Shown here in pieces: positions 25,800 to 35,400 of a stretch of DNA of 64,000 nt. The notes beneath the pieces are model-generated. The model searched no databases. It had not been told where the DNA came from and was given only the letters and a program-made list of their open reading frames with translations. The stretch's first letter is position 1; each line of letters begins with the position of its first letter. This stretch comes from Minisyncoccota bacterium. GTDB taxonomy: Bacteria; Patescibacteriota; Minisyncoccia; 2-02-FULL-40-12; GWA2-44-9. The stretch is taken from assembly GCA_018062285.1 (NCBI GenBank), contig JAGOSO010000005.1, forward strand, positions 2,697-66,696, read 5' to 3'. The translations under genes and the position numbers were made by a program.

Positions 25800-26474
25800 A
25801 TGGTTCAGCACGAGATTAATCAGCGAAAAAATTTGGCTGTTTCGCTTCGACGAGGCGGCTATTCTTATACGGAAATTCAAAAGTTTGTTCGGGTTCCAAA
25901 AGCTACACTGTCTTACTGGTTCAAAGATATTAAATTATCGGAAGCTCAAATTAAGCGTTTGGAAAAAAAGAGAGCCGAGGCTATCATCAAGGGTTCACAA
26001 GTAAGATCAAAAAAGGTTAATGAAGCAATAGAAAAAATAGAAAAAAGTTCCGCTAAAGACATAAAAGATTTATCTAAAAGAGAATTGTGGTTGATGGGCA
26101 TAATGCTTTATTGGCGAGAAAGAGTTAGTGATCGCGATGTTAAAAAAGGAGTTAAGTTTACAAGTTCGGACCCATATCTAATTAAGCTATTTTTGAAGTG
26201 GCTGATGGATGTTGGTCAATTGGGGGAGGCTGATGTTTTGTGTGATATTTTACTAGACGGCGAAAAGGGCCGAGCTGTGAATTATTGGTCCAATGTGACG
26301 GGTTTTCCAGAGTCAGTATTTTCAAGAATTTACTCACAAAAAACCAAGAAAAAAAGGAAGAAAAGGAACATTAAAAAGGCGGAATATGGACTGCTGAGGA
26401 TAAGAGTAAAAGCTAGCTCAATGTTGGCCCGGCAACTATCCGGTTGGATAAAAGCAATTCAAGAAAAAATATAA
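25800..26474 (+). CDS. HTH-domain protein with Lys-rich C-terminal region (hypothetical)
   Basis: N-terminal helix-turn-helix-like segment (GYSYTEIQKFVRVPKATLSYWFK). KKTKKKRKKRNIKK basic stretch. Confidence 0.45.
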   Translation: MVQHEINQRKNLAVSLRRGGYSYTEIQKFVRVPKATLSYWFKDIKLSEAQIKRLEKKRAEAIIKGSQVRSKKVNEAIEKIEKSSAKDIKDLSKRELWLMGIMLYWRERVSDRDVKKGVKFTSSDPYLIKLFLKWLMDVGQLGEADVLCDILLDGEKGRAVNYWSNVTGFPESVFSRIYSQKTKKKRKKRNIKKAEYGLLRIRVKASSMLARQLSGWIKAIQEKI

Positions 26475-26489
26475 TATACTATACAAAAA

Positions 26490-26520
26490 AAATCCGCTTG
26501 AAAAAAGCGGATTTTTTTTG
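26490..26520 (+). terminator. rho-independent terminator
   Basis: ATCCGCTT-GAAAAA-AGCGGAT-TTTTTTTT. Confidence 0.7.
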
Positions 26521-26535
26521 TATAGTATACATCCC

Positions 26536-27945
26536 ATGAATAATATACACACCAAAAAAGTTAAGATTGTTGCGACGCTTGGTCCGGCCAGTGATAATGC
26601 GGAAATGGTTTTGAAATTGGCTCAAAAAGGAGTCGATGTTTTTCGGTTGAATTTTTCTCATCGTTCAAGAGAAGAATCCGAAAAAAGTTTTAAATACATT
26701 AGAGAAGCTGAGGCTCTGATTGGGCGCCCTTTGGCCATTATGGGCGATTTGGCTGGGCCTAAAATAAGAATTGGCACCGTTGCGCCTGGGGTTATTCTCA
26801 AAGAAGGACAAACGATTAAGGTTGTTTCAAAGACGGTTGAGGGTAGCGATAAGGAGGTCTCGCTTAATTTTCCAGAAATTTTAAATAACCTGCAAAAAGG
26901 GGCGGAGATTTACATTGCTGATGGGACTCTTAAATTGGTTGTTGAAAAGAAAATCCCCGATGGCGTTTTGGCCAAGGTAATTATCGGTGGAGAATTAATT
27001 TCAAAGAAGGGATTTTCGGCTCAAGGTTTAGCTATTTCTGACTTCAAGCTTAGTCCAAAAGACAAAGAAGACATAAAGACTCTTGTCGATTTGGGCGCTG
27101 ATGCCATTGCTGTTTCTTTTGTTCAAACAAAGAAGGATGTTGAGTCGGTCCTAAAGTTGTTACCTGAAGCCAATAGACCGTTGGTAATTGCCAAAATAGA
27201 AACTCGGGCGGGGGTGAACAATATCGACGAAATTCTTAATGTTGCCGGAGGGATAATGGTGGCTCGTGGTGACCTTGGTTTTGCTGTCCCATTGGCCGAA
27301 TTGCCTCAAATTCAAAAGAGCTTAATCCTTAAGGGCTTGGCCATGGCCAAGCCGGTCATTACGGCCACCCAGATGCTTGAATCTATGACATATAGCCACA
27401 TGCCGACAAGGGCTGAGGTTAGTGACGTGGCCAATGCGATTCTGGATGGTACTGACGCTGTAATGCTTTCTGGTGAAACAGCATCGGGTAAATTCCCGGC
27501 TGAAGCGGTCCAGGTTATGGCGGATATCATTAAGGTTATGGCCCCCCAAGTTGCCAAAAGAGAATTTGACGAAGCAGTGAGTGTGACTGATGCTGTTAGT
27601 GCTTCAGTCGTTAAGTTGGCTGACCGCGTCAGTGCAAAATTAATAGTTGTGTTTACCAATAGTGGCTGGTCTGCTCGAAAGATTTCTTGCCATCGACACG
27701 CACAACCGATTATTGCTCTTTCCCCAAATCAGAGAACCATTCATCGGCTTAATTTTTCTTACGGCATATCGGGGAACGTGACCGAAGAGATTTCTGATGT
27801 CGATGACTTGATTAAGGTTGCTCAGAAAACAGCCCTTTCAAACCCAGTTATAAAACTTAAAAAAGGGGACTACTATGTTATCAGTGCCGGTGTTCCGTTT
27901 GGTAAAATTGGTTCGACTAATTTGGCCCTAGTTCAACAGATCTAA
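26536..27945 (+). CDS. pyk: pyruvate kinase
   Basis: KIVATLGPAS, NFSHRS, MVARGDLG, and MLESM motifs. The start is set at the Met after the terminator. The ORF-track start at 26518 lies inside the hairpin. Confidence 0.9.
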   Translation: MNNIHTKKVKIVATLGPASDNAEMVLKLAQKGVDVFRLNFSHRSREESEKSFKYIREAEALIGRPLAIMGDLAGPKIRIGTVAPGVILKEGQTIKVVSKTVEGSDKEVSLNFPEILNNLQKGAEIYIADGTLKLVVEKKIPDGVLAKVIIGGELISKKGFSAQGLAISDFKLSPKDKEDIKTLVDLGADAIAVSFVQTKKDVESVLKLLPEANRPLVIAKIETRAGVNNIDEILNVAGGIMVARGDLGFAVPLAELPQIQKSLILKGLAMAKPVITATQMLESMTYSHMPTRAEVSDVANAILDGTDAVMLSGETASGKFPAEAVQVMADIIKVMAPQVAKREFDEAVSVTDAVSASVVKLADRVSAKLIVVFTNSGWSARKISCHRHAQPIIALSPNQRTIHRLNFSYGISGNVTEEISDVDDLIKVAQKTALSNPVIKLKKGDYYVISAGVPFGKIGSTNLALVQQI

Positions 27946-27967
27946 AAGTTGGTCTTTGCAAAATAAA

Positions 27968-28000
27968 ACAGCCCGATAATTATCGGGCTGTTTTATTTTG
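27968..28000. terminator. bidirectional terminator between pyk and the GlsB/YeaQ gene
   Basis: ACAGCCCGATAATTATCGGGCTGT palindrome flanked by A/T runs on both sides. Confidence 0.7.
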
Positions 28001-28010
28001 CGTGATTTAA

Positions 28011-28268
28011 TTACTGTATGCGTCTGTTGCCAGTAAAAGCTCGAGCAATGGCAATCAAAATTATAGCACCAACAATCGCGACAACGATGCTATATAAATT
28101 GAAGCCACTAATGCCGGCTTGGCCAAAGAGGCCCATAACCATACCACCCAAGCCAGCCCCAACGATCCCTAAAACTATATCCCACAATAATCCGCTAGAT
28201 GATCCCATTAGTGTCGATGCAATCCAGCCAGCTAGTGCGCCAAAAATAATCCATACTAATATACTCAA
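28011..28268 (-). CDS. GlsB/YeaQ/YmgE family stress-response membrane protein
   Basis: 85 aa. Gly-rich TM helices WIIFGALAGWIAS and GIVGAGLGGMVMGLFG are typical of the transglycosylase-associated protein family. Confidence 0.75.
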   Translation of the reverse strand: MSILVWIIFGALAGWIASTLMGSSSGLLWDIVLGIVGAGLGGMVMGLFGQAGISGFNLYSIVVAIVGAIILIAIARAFTGNRRIQ

Positions 28269-28371
28269 TAAAATCCACCCCCTTTCATATGTATTGTCCA
28301 GGCAAATTCCATATGCTTAATCATGCTTTTGTTTTATTAGTGCATGCACTTGTTTGTGATATAATACCGGA

Positions 28372-28704
28372 ATGATTACAATCGATGATTTTAAAAAAGT
28401 AGAATTAAAAGTTGGGCGAGTCTTGAGCGCTGAACTGGTTGAAGGTTCTGAGAAATTACTGAAATTGCAGGTGAACCTTGGTTCAGAGCAAAGGCAGATA
28501 TTGTCTGGTATCGCCAAGTTCTACCAACCTGCAGATTTGGTTGGTCGCCAGATTGTGGTTATTTCTAACCTGGAGTCAAGGATGATGATGGGCCTTGAGT
28601 CCAACGGTATGGTTCTGGCTACCCATACTAAGAGTGAAGACGGAGAAGCCTTATCATTGGTTACACTCGACAAAGAAATGCCTGCAGGCACTACCCTTAG
28701 CTAG
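28372..28704 (+). CDS. tRNA-binding domain protein (CsaA/EMAP-II/MetRS C-terminal domain-like)
   Basis: DFKKVELKVGRVLSAELVEGSEKLLKLQVNLG matches the OB-fold tRNA-binding domain signature. Confidence 0.75.
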   Translation: MITIDDFKKVELKVGRVLSAELVEGSEKLLKLQVNLGSEQRQILSGIAKFYQPADLVGRQIVVISNLESRMMMGLESNGMVLATHTKSEDGEALSLVTLDKEMPAGTTLS

Positions 28705-28746
28705 TAGTTGTTTTAACTCAAATTTGGTATTCTAAAAATAAAAAAT

Positions 28747-29673
28747 ATGGATACAAACACACAAGTTGGTCGTTCAGCGCCTAGAGATGTCTTTTTGTAC
28801 CTTTTGGGACTAGTCACTTTGGTTATGAGTGCTGGGAGTTTTGGGGCCTTGATTTACTCATATATCGATATCAAGTTCCCGGACGTTTTGCGGTATGGGG
28901 CTAGTTTGGCTTCCGCTAATTATAGCCTGATTCGTTCGGCTTTGGCTGTCTTGATTGTGGCTTTCCCTGTGTTTTTCTGGGCTAGTAGAGTCTTGCACAA
29001 GGACGTTGTTAATGAGCCTGCGAAAAGAGATATTCGTGTCCGTCGCTGGTTGCTTTATTTTACTGTGTTTGTCGCTGGCCTAGTTATCATAGGGGATTTA
29101 ATCACTTTAATTCAGAGTTTTTTGAATGGTGATTTAACTACGCCTTTTATCCTCAAGGTTTTAACAGTGTTCTTTATAGCTGGGTCTGTTCTTTTCTACT
29201 ACCTTTCTGAGCTAAGAGACCGTGCGTATCCTCGCATGGTATTTCAGGCTATTATTGTTGGTATTGTTGTGCTTTCTTTGGGTTACGGTTTTTATCTTGC
29301 TGGTTCACCTCAAAATCAAAGGTTGGTTAGATTTGACGAGCAAAAAGTTTCTGATCTACAGAATATTCAGAGTTATTTGGTTTACAGTTGGTATCAACAA
29401 AAAGGATCTTTACCTAAGACTTTGGAGCAATTGAATGACCCAATTTCTTCGTTCATGGTCCCAGTTGATCCTCAAGGACAAAAATACGAATATCTTTTGA
29501 TTGGCCCACACTCTTTCCAGTTGTGCGCAACTTTTAACGGAGACACCACCGAAAAATCTGTAACAGCACCAAACGCATCGCCTTATGACAATTGGCAGCA
29601 TGGCGTAGGAAGGATTTGTTTTGATCGAAATATAGACCAGGCATTGTATCCAGTTAACCAAAAGGGGCAGTAA
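28747..29673 (+). CDS. membrane protein (hypothetical) with pseudopilin-like C-terminal DPxGxxYxY motif
   Basis: 4-5 TM helices. The C-terminus (LPKTLEQLNDP...VPVDPQGQKYEYLLI) resembles the conserved tail of type II/IV pseudopilins. Confidence 0.4.
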   Translation: MDTNTQVGRSAPRDVFLYLLGLVTLVMSAGSFGALIYSYIDIKFPDVLRYGASLASANYSLIRSALAVLIVAFPVFFWASRVLHKDVVNEPAKRDIRVRRWLLYFTVFVAGLVIIGDLITLIQSFLNGDLTTPFILKVLTVFFIAGSVLFYYLSELRDRAYPRMVFQAIIVGIVVLSLGYGFYLAGSPQNQRLVRFDEQKVSDLQNIQSYLVYSWYQQKGSLPKTLEQLNDPISSFMVPVDPQGQKYEYLLIGPHSFQLCATFNGDTTEKSVTAPNASPYDNWQHGVGRICFDRNIDQALYPVNQKGQ

Positions 29674-29698
29674 ATTAATTAATAAAACAATTAACAAT

Positions 29699-30220
29699 AT
29701 GAAAAACGTGTTTATGTATATCATAGTTATCGCGATTGTGGCTGTCGGCGCTTGGTTGTTTATGCGTAAAGGTAATGGTGGCACAGCAAGTCTTTACGAT
29801 GCTTCACCTTCGGCTACGCCAAGCCAGGAAGCATCTGTTAGTGCAACTCCAGCTTCATCGGTTGCTCCTGCTGGCCCTGTGGTTAAAACTGCCTCCGGTC
29901 TTCAGTATCAAGACGAGGTTGTGGGCACAGGTTCAGTCGCTAAGACCGGACAAATGGTCTCTGTTCAGTACACCGGCACACTAGTTAGCGGTAAAAAATT
30001 CGACAGTTCGTATGATCGTAATGAGCCATTCAGTTTTCAGCTTGGCTCAGGTCAGGTTATTAAGGGCTGGGATGAAGGCGTCGCCGGAATGAAAGTCGGA
30101 GGAAAGAGAAAGTTGATTATCCCTCCAACTCTCGGCTATGGATCTCAGGATGTTGGCAATGGATTGATTCCAGCGAATTCAACTTTAATATTTGAAGTCG
30201 AAGTTGTCGGAGTGAAGTAG
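29699..30220 (+). CDS. FKBP-type peptidyl-prolyl cis-trans isomerase, membrane-anchored
   Basis: N-terminal TM. FKBP core VSVQYTGTLVSGKKFDSSYDRNEPFSFQLGSGQVIKGWDEGVAGMKVGGKRKLIIPPTLGYG. Confidence 0.85.
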   Translation: MKNVFMYIIVIAIVAVGAWLFMRKGNGGTASLYDASPSATPSQEASVSATPASSVAPAGPVVKTASGLQYQDEVVGTGSVAKTGQMVSVQYTGTLVSGKKFDSSYDRNEPFSFQLGSGQVIKGWDEGVAGMKVGGKRKLIIPPTLGYGSQDVGNGLIPANSTLIFEVEVVGVK

Positions 30221-30236
30221 GAGATAGGCAATAAAT

Positions 30237-30270
30237 AAAAATCGGGACCACTTTGTTGGTCCCGATTTTT
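30237..30270 (+). terminator. rho-independent terminator
   Basis: AATCGGGACC-ACTTTGTT-GGTCCCGATT-TTTATTTT. Confidence 0.7.
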
Positions 30271-30352
30271 ATTTTAATGGCCAGATTGTATATCAAGAGC
30301 CCATGGTACCAACTTTACAAAACCTTAATAGACCTGTGGATAACTTTTTTGT

Positions 30353-30512
30353 TCCGAGGCAGGGGAGCCATGGATAGAAAAGTGCTCTAATTAACCTAAT
30401 TTCTAATTGATCCAAACAAAGAAAAATAATACAAGTTAGGGGTTTAGAAATTAGAAATTAGGGTTTAGAAATTGGAGTTATAACTTTTTCAAAGCTATAA
30501 CTCCCCTGCCTC
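30353..30512. repeat. nested inverted-repeat element (outer 12-bp IR GAGGCAGGGGAG / CTCCCCTGCCTC; inner 16-bp IR; internal TTAGAAATT x4)
   Basis: Outer arms at 30357-30368 and 30501-30512. The inner arm AACCTAATTTCTAATT (30394-30409) pairs with AATTAGAAATTAGGGTT (about 30448-30464). Tandem GGTTTAGAAATTAGAAATTAGGGTTTAGAAATTGGAG. Non-coding. Confidence 0.4.
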
Positions 30513-30537
30513 CCCCATTGTTATTTTTTTATTTTTT

Positions 30538-31179
30538 ATGTACAAAGAGTTCATAAATCTCCAAATGGACACTCAAGAACAGGAGCAGTTTATTCAAATG
30601 ATGACTTCCCTATTTCGTACACAAAATTCTGTGACGGATTTGTTTTTCAGCAAAAGACTAAATGAGGAAATGGAAAATATACTGAGGGACCACATTGTTT
30701 ATGGCTCGTCTCTTCCCGGTGTTGATGGCTTTGATTACTTGCGTAGCTTAAGATCTTTAGAAAAAACATTGCAAGAGATTCTGTATTTAGAAAAAGCAGA
30801 TGTCGTACCACTTAGCATTTCTCGTGAATTGGTTTTGAAGCTAATCCTTCAATTGACCAGAGGTATAAATTCGAAAAATAGAAAAAAATTAAATCCTGTT
30901 GTCGAGGTTATCAATAAGACGGGGCCTGTGGTGACCAAAACCGCAGAGGCTGTTCCTGTTCCAAGGGATAAGCCCAAAGAAAAGATTGAATTAAGTCGGG
31001 CCCAAGAAAAAATATTAGAATTTGTAAAACAAGCACCTGATTGTCGGACCAAGGAGGTTATCAATCAGTTCAGTGCTCTATCTTCTCGGACAGTAAAGCG
31101 TGGGCTCAAAGAGCTCAGCGACATCGGGAGAATTTCAAAGAGGTTTGAGGGTGGAGCTGTATACTATTCTGCGGTATAA
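30538..31179 (+). CDS. hypothetical protein with C-terminal winged-HTH-like region
   Basis: The C-terminal region (ILEFVKQAPDCRTKEVINQFSALSSRTVKRGLKELSDIGRI) looks like an HTH. Confidence 0.4.
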   Translation: MYKEFINLQMDTQEQEQFIQMMTSLFRTQNSVTDLFFSKRLNEEMENILRDHIVYGSSLPGVDGFDYLRSLRSLEKTLQEILYLEKADVVPLSISRELVLKLILQLTRGINSKNRKKLNPVVEVINKTGPVVTKTAEAVPVPRDKPKEKIELSRAQEKILEFVKQAPDCRTKEVINQFSALSSRTVKRGLKELSDIGRISKRFEGGAVYYSAV

Positions 31180-31204
31180 TTGATAGGTCATTTAAGACAA
31201 AAGA

Positions 31205-31858
31205 ATGGACCAACTCCGAAACAAGCTTTTGCTTCTTGGGGCCCTAGGTACTATTTTTGTTGTCACTCTGTTTTTTAGCTATAGCCCTCCTTTGTCTTTG
31301 GCCTCTCTCGCCTCGATTCTTGATAAGGAGCTTATTTCAGGCGAATTGTCACATGGTGACATGGTGACAAGCATGGTGACATCAGAAAAACAGGTGACAT
31401 TTAAAAATGTCACCAATGTCACCTCCGTGTCACTAGTTAGTTCTCCTGCCGCTGGTAACAATAAACTCCTTCGAGGCGTAGTACCAATAGACCAGCAACT
31501 AGTGACACCGCCAGGCCCCATAAGTGGTCCCGATACAACCCCGGCAATTGCAGTCGTGTCACCAACTTCTTTTGAGCCCCCGCTAGTATATTCGGTGACA
31601 CCTCAAATCACTCCAACCCAGACACCCCTTACCCAATCGCTAGCTCCTGTTCCTTCGGCGTCCAAGGTGAATATAAACACTGCCAACTTGAGCGAGCTTG
31701 AAAGGATTACTGGCGTCGGACCGGCCTATGCCCAAAAGATCATAGATTACCGGACGGCCAACGGACCATTTTTGAAAATAGAGGACGTCATCAACGTTAA
31801 AGGTATCGGAGATAAGACTTTTCAAAAAATGAAGGATGAAATAACGGTGGGAGCGTGA
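31205..31858 (+). CDS. comEA: ComEA-family DNA-binding competence protein (tandem HhH)
   Basis: N-terminal TM anchor. C-terminal VNINTANLSELERITGVGPAYAQKIIDYRTANGPF.IEDV.NVKGIGDKTFQKMKD (HhH x2). Confidence 0.75.
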   Translation: MDQLRNKLLLLGALGTIFVVTLFFSYSPPLSLASLASILDKELISGELSHGDMVTSMVTSEKQVTFKNVTNVTSVSLVSSPAAGNNKLLRGVVPIDQQLVTPPGPISGPDTTPAIAVVSPTSFEPPLVYSVTPQITPTQTPLTQSLAPVPSASKVNINTANLSELERITGVGPAYAQKIIDYRTANGPFLKIEDVINVKGIGDKTFQKMKDEITVGA

Positions 31859-32439
31859 TTTATCCACAATTTAGCCCTTGTTTGGATTTTCAAACGATAT
31901 ACAATTGCTAGGAAGAGGTTATATTGGGATCAATCCCAGCTGTACTTATAAACAGCAAATATAACAAAGATATATTGACTTTTGGTCCCGGTTGCGCTAG
32001 TATTAACAGGCATCGGATAAGGCAAGAATAAGCAAGTAAAACAGCCAAAATCTATGTAATAAACCCAATAAATTCCTTAATTATAACCGCTACTGGTTAT
32101 ATTTGGGTTAAGTGAGCTTCCTACCTCTGTAAACTAGCAATACGAAAACTAGTTGCCAGAGGCAGAAAGCCCAGGATCGAACATTGAAAAATAGGCTAAA
32201 AGAAAAGATTGTTCTCGATAGAGAAGGTTCTTCAATTCCCCACTTTATGATTGTGTTTAGTTTAAGTTAGGAATAAAGGCTTCTTAATTGCTTGGTCGAG
32301 GAAAAGCATAAGGAGTTTTTAAAGTGTTGGTTTCAGTGTTTAGTTTAGTAATTAAAATCCTGTTCTGTGATTTATTAAGTACCCTCGCTTCGGCGATCGG
32401 CACTAGGATCACAAAACAGATGTAAATAGTAAAAACAAA

Positions 32440-35400
32440 ATGTCTAATAACTTAATCGGAGCCCGATCAGTTTTTACAAAAACTGTTTCCGCTCTTACTT
32501 CGGTAGCGACTTTATTGACGCTATCAGGAGCTGCATACCTTGCACCTTTGGCTGCACAGGCTGCTGTTCCTTCAGACTACGGCCTTACAGAAGGCAACAT
32601 GATTAGTGCTTCTGGTTCTTCTGATCCAGACGTATACATCGTTAATGCCTATGGTTACAAGAGATTGTTCTTGAACCCAGCTATCTTCGCTATGTACGCC
32701 CACCTCGGTGGCTTTGCAAACGTGAAGAGTGTTTCAGCAGCTGCCCGCGATGCATTCCCAACCACTCAGTTGTTCCGCAATTGCGAATCAAATGATCAGG
32801 CTGTCTATGCAGTCGAAGTCAGTGGCGAAGACACTGCTACCCTTCACCATGTTGTTATGACTGGTGATGCCGCTGTTGCTCAGGATGCCAACTTCTTCAA
32901 GAAGGTCTTCTGCGTAAACAACAGAGAAGCCACTTGGTACACCATGGGTTCTGACTACACTTCATTGAGTCAGATTCCTCCATATGTACGTACCCCAGGT
33001 GCAACCCCAACTCCAACCGGTGCTGTTTCAGCAAGCTTAGCTTCTGATAACCCAGCTTCTGGTACTTTGGTAAAATCACAGGCCGCAGCAGATTTGGCAC
33101 ACTTCATGTTCACTGGTTCTGGTACTGTTACAAGTATCTCCCTCCAGAGATTGGGTGTTTCAGCCGATACAGATTTGACCAATGTCTATCTTTACGATGG
33201 CATTAAGCGTTTAACTGATGCTGCAACTGTTACCAACGGAATGATTTCATTCAACGACAGTAGTTCAACTGGTTTGTTTGCTGTGAACGGTTCTCGAAAT
33301 ATTTCAGTTCGAGCTGACCTTTCATCTTCAACTGGCCAAACTGTTGGTGTTGCTTTGAAATCTGTTAACGGTTCATCTGTTAACATTTCTGGTAACCTCT
33401 TCAACGTTGCTAACGCTGATTTGGCTACTGTTTCTTTGTCTACCTCAGTCACCCCAAGCACAAATGCCGCTCTTGATCCAGCAAGTGATGTTGTCATCTG
33501 GCAGGATACTGCCACTGTTGGTACTCGCTTTGTATCTATGAAGGCTTTGCAGCTTCGTGTCATCGGTTCTGTTTACACCACTGATCTTCAAAACTATCGC
33601 CTTTATGTCGATGGCTTGATGGTTGGTTCAGCTGTTTCTCAGTCTGATGCTAATGGTTATGTTGTATTCGATCTTTCGAATGCTCCAGTGAAACTTGAAA
33701 CTGGCGGTCGAGTATTGAAAGTTATGGCCGATGTCCTTAACGGATCAAGCCGAAACTTCACTGCTTCTCTCCGACAGGCTCCAGATTTCTTCACTGTTGA
33801 CAGTCAGTACCTCCAGCCAGTTAAAGCTACCGGTACTTTCCCTGTCAGCGCTGGTCAACAGACTATTAGTTCTGGCACACTCACAATCACCAAACTCAAC
33901 ACTTCTGCATCAGGAGATGTTGTAAAAGGTGCTTCAGGTGTCGCTTTAGCTAAATTCGAATTGAAAGCAAACGGTGAACGCATGAAGATCGAAACTCTTC
34001 GCGCTAGCTTCACTTCAAGCAACGGTGGTACAACCACTGCTTCAAACGTAGGTCAGTTACGAAATGGCGCCCTCTTCTTGGATGGCGTACAGGTTGGTTC
34101 AACTCAGTCTTTGAACGAAGACTCATGGACCACTACCTACACTGAATTCAGTCTTGGTTCTTCAGCAATTGTTAACCCAGGCCAACCACGTATCTTGGAA
34201 ATCCGATCGGATATCTACGATGCTGACGGCACTGATAACACCACTGCTAACGACACCATCATTGCTAACATTGTCGCTCAAACTTCAAACGTTCAGCGCT
34301 TGACCTCACTTGGTTACACTGACGTTACTGCTAAGACTGGTAACACCTTGACTGTAAGAACTGGTTCACTTTCTGGTGCTAAATACACTGGATTTGCTAA
34401 CCAGAGTGTTACTTCACCTGCTACTGGTGTTAAAGTTGGTCACTTCACTTTGACTCAATCTTCTTCAGAAGACGTCAACATGAACACCATCAACATCGAT
34501 GGAGACAGTGTTACTGGTACTTTCTTAATTTCTGACCTCACTGATGCATACATCAAGGTTTGGAATGATGCTGGTTCTGTAATCTACACTTCACCTGCAA
34601 AGGCGACATTGTCGGCTACTGCATCCAACAGTTACTCAGTAAACTTCACATTGCCAAAGACCAAGACCTATCAGGTTGAAGTCTGGGCCAATGTCCCATC
34701 AGGTGAAACCGCTACTCACGCTTTGAGTCTTGACATGGATGCTGCTGGTATCACTACCGGTTCAAGCACTTCAGTCACTTCAAGTGCTGTAGTTGGTCAA
34801 ACTATCACTGTGCAGACTGGTGCTTTGACTGTAAGTAATGGTTCTATTGCTACTGCTGCACTTCGTGCTGGTGGTTCAACTGTAGACAATGCTTATCAGT
34901 TCACTATCACCCCTGCCTATGACGACTTTACCCTCGATGAAGTTTATGTTGATCTTTCTTCAACTTTAGCTTCTTCAACCGGTGCTGTTGCTACCCTCCG
35001 TTTATTCGAAGGTGCAACTGAAGTCGGATCAGCAACCGTCAACGGAAGTACAGGTTCAGCTTCCTTCACTGGTCTAAATCGCACTCTTACTCAGGCAGCA
35101 GGTGTTAAGACTTATACAGTTAAAGTCTCTCTCGCTTCTGTCGGTAATGGCGCTAACGACACTTACGGAACTGTAATCGTACGATTAGATGGTTTGAAAT
35201 ACCGAACAAGTGCTGGTGCTATCACCACCACTAATGGTCTTTCTGCCTCTACTTACACCGGTAACGACAACCGTGTTGTGGCTTCTTACCCAGTATTCTC
35301 TAATGTTAACCTAGACAGTACATTATTGGCTGCTGGCGATAAGACTATCTTCAGAACTGCTATCACTGCAGCAAACACTGTAAAGTTCAAGAAAATGGCT

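Noticed and set aside
27312-27659. 115-aa and 75-aa minus-strand ORFs inside pyk
   Set aside because: They are embedded antisense within a strongly supported pyruvate kinase CDS.
30430-30480. TTAGAAATT tandem repeats as a possible CRISPR array
   Set aside because: The units are 9-20 bp with no regular spacers. There are only 3-4 copies. No cas genes are present. I report them instead as part of an inverted-repeat element.
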